In this document: piece by piece, positions 9,217 to 15,862 of the stretch | Numbering within the stretch: position 1 is the first letter of the stretch | Layout: the number at the start of each line of letters is the position of its first letter | Origin: an uncultured Acidobacteriota bacterium | GTDB lineage: Bacteria; Acidobacteriota; Terriglobia; Terriglobales; Acidobacteriaceae | Length of the DNA: 32,000 bases | Assembly: GCA_963722725.1 (NCBI GenBank) | Contig: CAVROB010000013.1 | Location: 1,361,859 to 1,393,858 of the forward strand | Direction: 5' to 3' | Translations under genes and position numbers: made by a program | Notes under the pieces: model-generated | What the model saw: only the letters and a program-made list of their open reading frames with translations | The model's database searches: none | Told to the model about the DNA's origin: nothing

Positions 9217-9585
9217 ATGCATAAACTTGACGCCACTTTCGCCGCGCTGGCCGACCCAACGCGGCGAGCCATTTTGGCTCGCTTAGCCAAGGGCGAGGCC
9301 TCGGTAACGGACTTGGCGCACCCCTTCGCAATGAGCCAGCCCGCGATTTCCAAGCACCTTAAGGTTCTGGAACGCGCGGGACTGATTTCACGCGGACGCG
9401 ATGCGCAACGCCGTCCGCGGCGACTGGAAGCCCGACCCCTGCGCGACGCTACGCACTGGCTCGAAAACTACCGCCAGTTCTGGGAGGCGCAGTTCCGGCG
9501 CCTGGACGACCTACTGCATGACCTGCAAACCGGCGACCCCAAGATTAAGAACAACAAGATCAACAAAAAGAAGAATGCCCGTTAA
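9217..9585 (+). CDS. ArsR/SmtB-family transcriptional regulator
   Basis: 122 aa with LADPTRRAILARLAKGEASVTDLAHPFAMSQPAISKHLKVLERAGLI. Confidence 0.9.
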   Translation: MHKLDATFAALADPTRRAILARLAKGEASVTDLAHPFAMSQPAISKHLKVLERAGLISRGRDAQRRPRRLEARPLRDATHWLENYRQFWEAQFRRLDDLLHDLQTGDPKIKNNKINKKKNAR

Positions 9586-9598
9586 AAGGAGATCAGAA

Positions 9599-10105
9599 AT
9601 GAAAAACAGCAAAACATTCAACATTACGGCGCACAGTGAGCGCGAGATTGTAGTAACTCGTGTCTTCGACGCACCGCGCCGGCTGGTATTCGACGCTTAC
9701 ACTAAGCCGGAATTAATAAAGAGGTGGTTGCTTGGACCGGACGGATGGTCAATGCCGATCTGCGAGATCGACTTGAGGGCGGGCGGCAAATATCGCTACG
9801 TCTGGAGGAATGAAACTGACGGGCATGAGATGGGGATGGGTGGCGTCTATCGCGAAGTCGTCCCGGCGGAACGAATTGTGGTGACGGAGATCTTCGACGA
9901 GGCGTGGTATCCGGGCGAGGCGGTGGACACGATTGTCCTGGTCGAGCAGAAAGGCCAGACCACCCTTACGCAGACGATTCTATATAACTCCCGTGAGACG
10001 CGCGATGCTGTGCTGAAGTCGCCGATGCAGACCGGCATGGCTGCGAGTTACGACCGGCTGGAGAAGTTCTTGCCTTCGCTCGGGCGCGAGGCATTGAGCG
10101 CGTAA
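9599..10105 (+). CDS. SRPBCC superfamily protein (AHSA1-like), paralog 4
   Basis: The ATG at 9599 is preceded by AAAAGGAG. The protein reads MKNSKTFNITAHSEREIVVTRVFDAPRRLVFDAYTKPELIKRW.... The track ORF from 9401 overlaps the ArsR gene and is taken to be an artefactual 5' extension. Confidence 0.9.
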   Translation: MKNSKTFNITAHSEREIVVTRVFDAPRRLVFDAYTKPELIKRWLLGPDGWSMPICEIDLRAGGKYRYVWRNETDGHEMGMGGVYREVVPAERIVVTEIFDEAWYPGEAVDTIVLVEQKGQTTLTQTILYNSRETRDAVLKSPMQTGMAASYDRLEKFLPSLGREALSA

Positions 10106-10199
10106 GTGTGGCGCCGGCAGAAAATCCCCGCCCAAGCGAAGCTTGAGCGGGGCAGCCTCAAGAGCAAAAGCTGGAGTAACTGCGGGCCCAGAACGAACT

Positions 10200-10781
10200 C
10201 TAACTCTGAGCGCGGACCAGGTTCAGAAAGAATTCATGCACGCGGGTGTCTTCGCTGAGCTCGGGATGGAAGGTCGCAGCCATGACACTTCCCTGCCGGA
10301 CTGCTACGGGATCGTTGCCTTCGGTGGCGATGACTTCGACTCCGCGTCCGACGCGTTCGATTTTAGGGGCGCGGATGAAGACCATTTCGATCGGTGAGTT
10401 GCTTGGTTTGCCTCGCTCATCGATAAAGCGGCCTTCGCGGATGGAGCTATCAATCTGGCGTCCGTAGGCGTTGCGGCGGATGCGGATATCGAGCGCGCCC
10501 AGTCCTGACTGCTTAGGGTTCTCCACTTCATTGGCCAGCAGGATTGCGCCCGCGCAGGTGCCGAAGGTCGGCTTTACATGAACGAACTGCTTCAGCTTTT
10601 CGAACCCCGCTTCGCCGAGCAGTTTGAGAAACGTGCCTGATTCGCCTCCGGGAATTATCAGGCCGTCGATCTCGTCCAGTTGCTCAGGCTTTTTGACGAG
10701 CACAACTTCAGCCCCCAGCTCTTCGAGCCGGCGGCGGTGCGCGTCGAAATCGCCCTGTAAGGCCAGAACACCGATTTTCAT
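10200..10781 (-). CDS. pdxT: pyridoxal 5'-phosphate synthase glutaminase subunit PdxT
   Basis: MKIGVLALQGDF...GLIIPGGEST-like (GGESGT), GTCAG catalytic Cys, FHPEL. The start is taken at MKIGVL (10781) rather than the track start at 10856. Confidence 0.9.
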   Translation of the reverse strand: MKIGVLALQGDFDAHRRRLEELGAEVVLVKKPEQLDEIDGLIIPGGESGTFLKLLGEAGFEKLKQFVHVKPTFGTCAGAILLANEVENPKQSGLGALDIRIRRNAYGRQIDSSIREGRFIDERGKPSNSPIEMVFIRAPKIERVGRGVEVIATEGNDPVAVRQGSVMAATFHPELSEDTRVHEFFLNLVRAQS

Positions 10782-10833
10782 GCGGGTCCAGCAGAGGGCA
10801 AGGCTCCGGCGGACCGGAGCCATCAGAAAATCA

Positions 10834-10855
10834 CGTGGTGTAAGCACTCTGTCCA
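10834..10855 (+). repeat. partial inverted copy of the 5' half of the neighbouring tRNA (22 nt, with a 10-nt D-loop deletion)
   Basis: The plus strand reads CGTGGTGTAAGCACTCTGTCCA. This equals tRNA nt 6-16 and 27-37 (sense sequence), whereas the tRNA gene itself is on the minus strand. Confidence 0.6.
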
Positions 10856-10952
10856 TTTCAGTATCTGGTTAGTAATCGTCGATGTCAAGTTACTTGAGGA
10901 GATTATCTCTGCGTTTTCTCCTCCATGAACTTCTCCACCACAACGGGGAGAA

Positions 10953-11024
10953 TGGACCCGGCGGGAGTCGAACCCGCATCTGCGACTTGGACAGAGTGCT
11001 GTGTTCCCCTTACACCACGGGCCC
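10953..11024 (-). tRNA. tRNA-like gene, 72 nt, no encoded CCA; a canonical 7-nt loop gives anticodon GUC (Asp) but the isotype is uncertain
   Basis: Sequence: GGGCCCGTGGTGTAAGGGGAACACAGCACTCTGTCCAAGTCGCAGATGCGGGTTCGACTCCCGCCGGGTCCA. The acceptor (with G3:U70), D arm and T arm (GCGGG-TTCGACT-CCCGC) fold canonically. The anticodon stem forms only 3 of 5 pairs. Confidence 0.7.
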
Positions 11025-11148
11025 TGAGAGAGCTTGGTCCGCGCCGCCGGAAATGACAAGGTCACAGGTCACGATCCCGTTCGGTGCGTGCCGAATTGGG
11101 ACAAGCGATGCGGCGTCGGCGACGCAGAGACCCGACCGCAGAATCGGT

Positions 11149-12093
11149 CTAAGCCCTCGCGAGGATCTCATTAGCTATGGAGTGGATAAGCTGGTTATCG
11201 TGAGATGTCGAAGCTGCGCCCATCGACCTGAAAAACGTGAACAGCTCCTTCTCGCCTTGTCTCGTGGCAAGGAACAGGGCGAGTTGGTAGATACAGACTC
11301 CTTTATCAGCGTTTGTAGAGCTCGGAGCGTTTGGCCAAACCTCAGTGCTACACCTCTTCATGAACTCGGGTATTGCTCTGCGATACGTCAAGAGAGCACT
11401 GCGAAGGTCCTGCAGCTTCTTTATTCCGGCAAGGTTGACCAGCCTTGATCGCGTTTCCAATGCCGCGTCATTCAGCGGTGCGTCTAATGAGAGGCCGAGG
11501 GCTGATGCCACGACGTTATCCAGTTCGCCGACAATCGGCTCCTGCTCGATGAAGGTTCTTAATGACACGGCGTCAACCGGGATGTCGGGAACTCCGGCCT
11601 CCACTTGGAGCGCAAGCGGTCGCTCATATTGCGCTTTGCTTTTGCGGATATCTACAAACTCGCGGCCTGCCAGTTCGAAGAGGGCCGCTATGATTGAAAA
11701 GCGCCTCTTAACTTCATCCGGATAGGCGTCTCTAAGATCGTACCACTCGTGCTCAATCTCAGACCATGCGTGTCCCAAAATGGAGGTAATCTGAATCTCG
11801 CACCTGATGCCCGCGAACTGTTTGTATTCGACGTCAAGGATTCTCTTCTCCAAATGGCTACAGACGTAGTTGATTGCTCGATAGCCAAAGCGGTCGGGCT
11901 CGGTGTTTCGTTTGTCCACCGATTCTTTTCGGTCAATGTTAAACTCCCGTTCCAGCGCCTCCGCAACCGCGTCTACCTCATCTTCGTAGTATGTGATTAC
12001 GCGAAGGCCGGCTAGATCGGTAATGTCATCTAGCTCCTGGTAGTTCTTAGTGGGGTCGAGGTACTTTTTTTCAAGCTTAGTCGTTCCCTTCAC
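11149..12093 (-). CDS. RelA/SpoT-homologue (RSH) nucleotide pyrophosphokinase, small stand-alone synthetase type with ~150-aa C-terminal extension; true 5' end lies upstream (about 12260-12270)
   Basis: Synthetase-domain motifs are present: LAGLRVITYYEDEV, DRFGYRAINYVCS and EIQITSILGHAWSEIEHEWYDLR. The in-frame upstream peptide ...CRAILADFSRREPTLTYFCARTKSLIEAILHEANLRYQSVQARVKG looks like the family's usual N-terminal helix. It has no ATG/GTG/TTG start. Confidence 0.85.
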   Translation of the reverse strand: MKGTTKLEKKYLDPTKNYQELDDITDLAGLRVITYYEDEVDAVAEALEREFNIDRKESVDKRNTEPDRFGYRAINYVCSHLEKRILDVEYKQFAGIRCEIQITSILGHAWSEIEHEWYDLRDAYPDEVKRRFSIIAALFELAGREFVDIRKSKAQYERPLALQVEAGVPDIPVDAVSLRTFIEQEPIVGELDNVVASALGLSLDAPLNDAALETRSRLVNLAGIKKLQDLRSALLTYRRAIPEFMKRCSTEVWPNAPSSTNADKGVCIYQLALFLATRQGEKELFTFFRSMGAASTSHDNQLIHSIANEILARA

Positions 12094-12273
12094 CCGCGCC
12101 TGAACGGACTGATACCTTAGGTTTGCTTCGTGTAGGATAGCCTCGATCAGGCTCTTGGTTCTTGCGCAAAAGTATGTGAGGGTGGGCTCCCGACGGCTGA
12201 AGTCCGCAAGAATGGCTCGACACTCGCTTTGGACGCGCCGGGACTCTTGGGATCCGCCATCTTGTTGATATTT

Positions 12274-12621
12274 TCAGAATCGCTTGGTCAGTTTCACCCC
12301 GAACTTGAGCAACGGCATTTCGAGCGGGTAGCCCTGCCCAATCGCCTGACCATCGGACGTCAGTTCTCCAGTTAGCTCCAGCGTGAGATCCTTTCTTGTC
12401 GTTCGAAAGACGCTTTCCGCACCGTCTATGAATGGCGACACTCGAAGGGTGGCGCTGAAGCTTTTTCCATTTACCTTGAAGTTCCCCTTATAGAGGTAGG
12501 CGTTGTCTCCCCCTAAAATCCGCCCGCCTTGGAAAACCACGACGCCACCACCAGACACGCCAACGCTGCTGCCGAATTCCGCAGTCCATAGCCCATCAAG
12601 TTGTTTTGTCGTTTCCGACAT
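12274..12621 (-). CDS. GrlR-like small beta-barrel protein
   Basis: 115 aa. DGLWTAEFGSSVGVSGGGVVVFQGGRILGGDNAYLYKGNFKVNG... follows the pattern DG-[IL]-[YW]..F....G.G[IV]....G....GGD..Y.Y.G that I recall for GrlR-family proteins. It starts 23 nt after the pdxS stop. Confidence 0.65.
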   Translation of the reverse strand: MSETTKQLDGLWTAEFGSSVGVSGGGVVVFQGGRILGGDNAYLYKGNFKVNGKSFSATLRVSPFIDGAESVFRTTRKDLTLELTGELTSDGQAIGQGYPLEMPLLKFGVKLTKRF

Positions 12622-12644
12622 CCGGTGCCCGAGCCTTTCTAACT

Positions 12645-13565
12645 CTACCAGCCCCTGGTTTGCAGCATGTGGGCTTCGTCCAGCGCGGCTATCGCCAGGC
12701 CTTTCATGGCTCCGACCAGGTCTTCGCTGACTTCAAGCAATACTTTCGGATCTTTATAGTGCGTGGCGGCTTGCACGATTGCTTTGGCGCGCTTCGCCGC
12801 TTCCTCGGGATTGGCGAAGGTAGTGGAATCCTGCATGAAGATGCCGGAGCCGACGAAGACGGATTCTGCGCCGAGTTGCATGACCAGCGATGCGTCGGCG
12901 GGAGTAGCGATGCCGCCAGCAGAAAAATTCGGCACTGGCAGCTTCCCTTCTTTGGCGACGAGTCGCACTAATTCATACGGAGCTCCGTGCTCTTTGGCTT
13001 TGGCGTACAGTTCTTCTTCGCCAAGGACGGTCAGGATCTTTATTTCTTGCACGATCTGGCGCATGTGTTTCACGGCGTGGACAACGTCGCCGGTGCCGGC
13101 TTCGCCCTTGGTGCGAATCATGGCTGCGCCCTCGGCGATGCGACGCAAGGCTTCTCCGAGGTTGCGGGCGCCGCAGACGAACGGAACCGTGAAGGCGTGT
13201 TTGTCGACGTGGTGGGCTTCGTCGGCGGGAGTAAGTACTTCCGATTCGTCGATGTAGTCGACGCCCAGTTCCTGGAGGATTTGAGCTTCGGCGAAGTGGC
13301 CGATGCGGCACTTGGCCATCACCGGGATGGAGACGGCGGCCATGATTTCGCGAATCTTTTTGGGCGAGGCCATGCGCGCTACTCCGCCTTCGGCGCGGAT
13401 TTGCGCCGGAACACGCTCAAGAGCCATTACCGCGACCGCGCCGGCCTTCTCGGCAATTACGGCTTGCGCGGCGTTGGTGACGTCCATGATGACGCCGCCT
13501 TTTAGCATTTCGGCCAGGCCCGTTTTCAGGCGCAGGCTGGTGGATCTTCCGTTGTTGTTCGACAT
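12645..13565 (-). CDS. pdxS: pyridoxal 5'-phosphate synthase lyase subunit PdxS
   Basis: 306 aa with [36 protein letters not shown]-like (GHFAEAQ), [37 protein letters not shown] and ...LQTRGW at the C-terminus. Confidence 0.97.
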   Translation of the reverse strand: MSNNNGRSTSLRLKTGLAEMLKGGVIMDVTNAAQAVIAEKAGAVAVMALERVPAQIRAEGGVARMASPKKIREIMAAVSIPVMAKCRIGHFAEAQILQELGVDYIDESEVLTPADEAHHVDKHAFTVPFVCGARNLGEALRRIAEGAAMIRTKGEAGTGDVVHAVKHMRQIVQEIKILTVLGEEELYAKAKEHGAPYELVRLVAKEGKLPVPNFSAGGIATPADASLVMQLGAESVFVGSGIFMQDSTTFANPEEAAKRAKAIVQAATHYKDPKVLLEVSEDLVGAMKGLAIAALDEAHMLQTRGW

Positions 13566-13664
13566 AAGTCCTCTTTTCGCGAAACTCCTTCGCGTCTCCC
13601 GAGCTGCGGCTTAATCCGTGTCGTTCTGTCCGCATGCTTAGTGGCGCAAACGGAATGCACAGAC

Positions 13665-13692
13665 CCTTCGCTGCGCTCAGGATGACAGCGCA
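13665..13692. repeat. short dispersed repeat motif (TCGCTGCGCTCAGGATGACA type)
   Basis: CCTTCGCTGCGCTCAGGATGACAGCGCA. It is related to the second copy at 13821..13849 (shared pattern TCGCT-[GT]-CGCTC-[AG]-G-[AG]-ATGACA). Confidence 0.45.
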
Positions 13693-13710
13693 GTCTTATG
13701 CTACAAATCT

Positions 13711-13732
13711 ATTGGCTAGATTGGAATGTCCA
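13711..13732. promoter_or_regulatory. AT-rich operator candidate in the pdxS-pdxR intergenic region
   Basis: Direct repeat ATTGG (13711..13715 and 13720..13724) overlaps the inverted repeat TGGAatgTCCA (13722..13732). It lies within the only AT-rich stretch of the 310-bp intergenic region. Confidence 0.3.
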
Positions 13733-13820
13733 TTTTACTATATTCTTTCCATACCACTTTTAACGTTGTCATTGCGGCTTCAGTCAGGCATCTGCATTTT
13801 CGCGGCGCAGGCGGACAGCA

Positions 13821-13849
13821 GGTTCCTCGCTTCGCTCGGAATGACAAAC
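13821..13849. repeat. short dispersed repeat motif, second copy
   Basis: GGTTCCTCGCTTCGCTCGGAATGACAAAC, in the same orientation as the copy at 13665..13692. Confidence 0.45.
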
Positions 13850-13875
13850 TTTAAGGAGACAAACTTCAAGGACGC

Positions 13876-15360
13876 ATGGCGAAGAAATCGAGCACGCTGC
13901 CGCTGAACCTTAAAGGGCCGAAGGCTCGCGTGCCTCTGTATCGCTGGCTCTACGAGGAATTGCGCTCGGCGATTCTTGCCGGACGTTTGCATCCGGGCGC
14001 TCGCTTGCCGGCTACGCGCGATCTGGCTTCGCAATACGGAATCTCTCGTCCAACGATTGTGACCGCCTTCGAGCAGTTGCGCTCGGAAGGTTATGTGGAA
14101 GGTAAAGTGGGATCGGGAACGTATGTCAGCAAAACTCTTCCCGATGAGTTGTTGCAGGCACCGCGTACGAAATCAGTGGAAGGGACGCGGCGGCGCGCCA
14201 TCCCGCTTTCTGCCTATGCTCGACGGTTGCAGCCGCTGCTTCGTCGCGAGCCTGGTCCGGCGCGGGCATTTCGCGCCAGCCAGCCTGCGCTCGATGCTTT
14301 TCCGATGAGCCTCTGGGCGCAGGTGGCAACGCGACGTTTGCGGCGAGTCTCAGCGCGTCTGCTGACTGGTGGAGAGGCACTGGGGTATCGGCCGTTGCGC
14401 GAAGCGGTCGCCGAATATCTGAATACGTCTCGCGGTGTGAAGTGCACGGCGGAGCAGGTACTGATCATCTCTGGCGTGCAGCAGGCTCTGGACCGGGCGG
14501 CACACTTGTTGCTCAACCCGGGCGATCCGGTGTGGATGGAGGAACCGGGATATCCTGGCGCTGCGGTCGTGTTCCGAGCGGTTGGAGCGAAAATCTGTGC
14601 CGTGCCCGTCGATTCTGAGGGTTTGAATCTTGAGGCCGGGCGGCGACGATGGCCGCGGCAACGTCCTCGGCTGGTTTATGTAACTCCGGCCCACCAATTT
14701 CCTCTTGGCGTGACCATGAGTTTGCGGCGGAGATTGTCTCTGCTCGAGTGGGCGCGGCGATCGAGGACCATCATCTTCGAAGACGACTACGACAGCGAAT
14801 ACCGCTATTCCGGGCGTCCGATTCCCGCGTTGCAAGGTTTGGACCGGGCGGCCGTGGTGATATTCGCGGGCAGCTTCACGGACGTTCTTTTTCCTGCGCT
14901 ACGACTCGCGTATCTCGTGGTTCCATCCGACATGGTGGACATTTTTGCCGCGGCTGAGTCGGTGAGCACGCATCATCCGCCGCTGATCGATCAGGCGATT
15001 TTGTGCGATTTCATCCGCGAAGGGCACTTTGCGCGGCATGTCCGGCGCATGCGCGAATTGTATGCTGAGCGTTTATCCCTGCTGGTGCAGTCCGCCCGGG
15101 AACGGCTTGGCGGATTGCTGGAGATTCCTCCCGTGGAAGCCGGCTTGCGAACTGTCGGCTGGTTGCAAGGCGGACGGTCTGCGGAGCGCGCCGCACAGGC
15201 TGCGGCGAAACACGACGTCGAAGTTGTTCCGTTGAGCCGATATGCATGGGGTCGCGCGAGACGCGATGGGTTGGTGCTTGGCTTTGCGGCCGTGGACGGG
15301 CGCGAAATCCGGCGAGGAGTCGAGCAGTTGGCGCGGGCACTGGAGAAGTGTCGAGTTTGA
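13876..15360 (+). CDS. pdxR: MocR/GntR-family regulator with aminotransferase-like domain; PdxR by synteny
   Basis: 494 aa with an N-terminal GntR wHTH (LPATRDLASQYGISRPTIVTAFEQLRSEGYV) and a fold-type-I aminotransferase-like C-domain. It is divergent from pdxS. Confidence 0.85.
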   Translation: MAKKSSTLPLNLKGPKARVPLYRWLYEELRSAILAGRLHPGARLPATRDLASQYGISRPTIVTAFEQLRSEGYVEGKVGSGTYVSKTLPDELLQAPRTKSVEGTRRRAIPLSAYARRLQPLLRREPGPARAFRASQPALDAFPMSLWAQVATRRLRRVSARLLTGGEALGYRPLREAVAEYLNTSRGVKCTAEQVLIISGVQQALDRAAHLLLNPGDPVWMEEPGYPGAAVVFRAVGAKICAVPVDSEGLNLEAGRRRWPRQRPRLVYVTPAHQFPLGVTMSLRRRLSLLEWARRSRTIIFEDDYDSEYRYSGRPIPALQGLDRAAVVIFAGSFTDVLFPALRLAYLVVPSDMVDIFAAAESVSTHHPPLIDQAILCDFIREGHFARHVRRMRELYAERLSLLVQSARERLGGLLEIPPVEAGLRTVGWLQGGRSAERAAQAAAKHDVEVVPLSRYAWGRARRDGLVLGFAAVDGREIRRGVEQLARALEKCRV

Positions 15361-15391
15361 TCGGCTGGGCACAGAAACGCTGGTCCCCGAT

Positions 15392-15862
15392 CTATCGCTC
15401 CACGAACTTGGCGAACATTTTCTGGGGATCGATGGCGATGAAAAGTCCCTGGCTGCGGGCGAGCACTTCGTTTTTCTCGTTGAGGATTTCCGCCTTGTTA
15501 ATGTGCTGCCGACCATGGACTTTTACTTCGCGTGATTCAACACGCAGCGGCTTATTCAGCGGCACCGGCTTCAGGTAGTTCACCTTGATCTCTGAGGTTA
15601 GGGCGATGACGTTTCGCAGCTTGTTGACCTTGCCCATGGCTTCGTCAAGGATAGTTGCAATAATGCCGCCGTGGGCGTGGCCGGGCGGACCGGTATAGCG
15701 TTTGCTTAGGCGGAAGCGGCAGATGAAGGAATCGGACTCTTCGTCGTAGGCGAACTTGAGACGCATGCCATCGGGGTTATTGTTGCCGCAAGCGAAGCAA
15801 TAGTTTTTCTGCATGCGGATGTAGCGGGTGTCGTGGCCGTGGCCTGTGGATTTCTTCGGCAT
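15392..15862 (-). CDS. PaaI-family (hotdog-fold) thioesterase
   Basis: 156 aa with CFACGNNNPDGMRLKF and GPPGHAHGGIIATILDEAMG, typical of PaaI/YbgC-like proteins. Confidence 0.85.
   Translation of the reverse strand: MPKKSTGHGHDTRYIRMQKNYCFACGNNNPDGMRLKFAYDEESDSFICRFRLSKRYTGPPGHAHGGIIATILDEAMGKVNKLRNVIALTSEIKVNYLKPVPLNKPLRVESREVKVHGRQHINKAEILNEKNEVLARSQGLFIAIDPQKMFAKFVER

Noticed and set aside
9401-9598. N-terminal 66-codon extension of the fourth SRPBCC ORF
   Set aside because: It overlaps the ArsR coding frame and is Arg/Thr/Ser-rich. A good ATG with an AAAAGGAG Shine-Dalgarno sequence at 9599 gives a protein collinear with the other paralogs.
10834-10855. T-box-type riboswitch interpretation of the tRNA-complementary segment upstream of pdxT
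   Set aside because: T-box leaders pair with the anticodon and acceptor end via a specifier loop and a conserved T-box sequence. Here the complementarity is a contiguous antisense copy of the D and anticodon arms, and no T-box consensus is visible.
10823-11448. ORFs 10823..11065 (-) and 10882..11448 (+) in the pdxT-RSH gap
   Set aside because: Both read straight through the tRNA-like gene, and the second is antisense to the RSH 3' end. The tRNA fold explains the region better.
12274-12276. Selenocysteine or programmed readthrough at the TGA between the GrlR-like and RSH frames
   Set aside because: I see no SECIS-like hairpin immediately downstream. In-frame alignment has a 1 in 3 chance expectation. 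It is kept only as one of several explanations in the finding, not as a call.
12763-13614. Several plus-strand ORFs (12763..13257, 12987..13505, 13303..13614) and minus-strand alternative-frame ORFs over pdxS
   Set aside because: All overlap the highly conserved pdxS reading frame. Their compositions (Ala/Ser/Arg runs) indicate non-coding frames.
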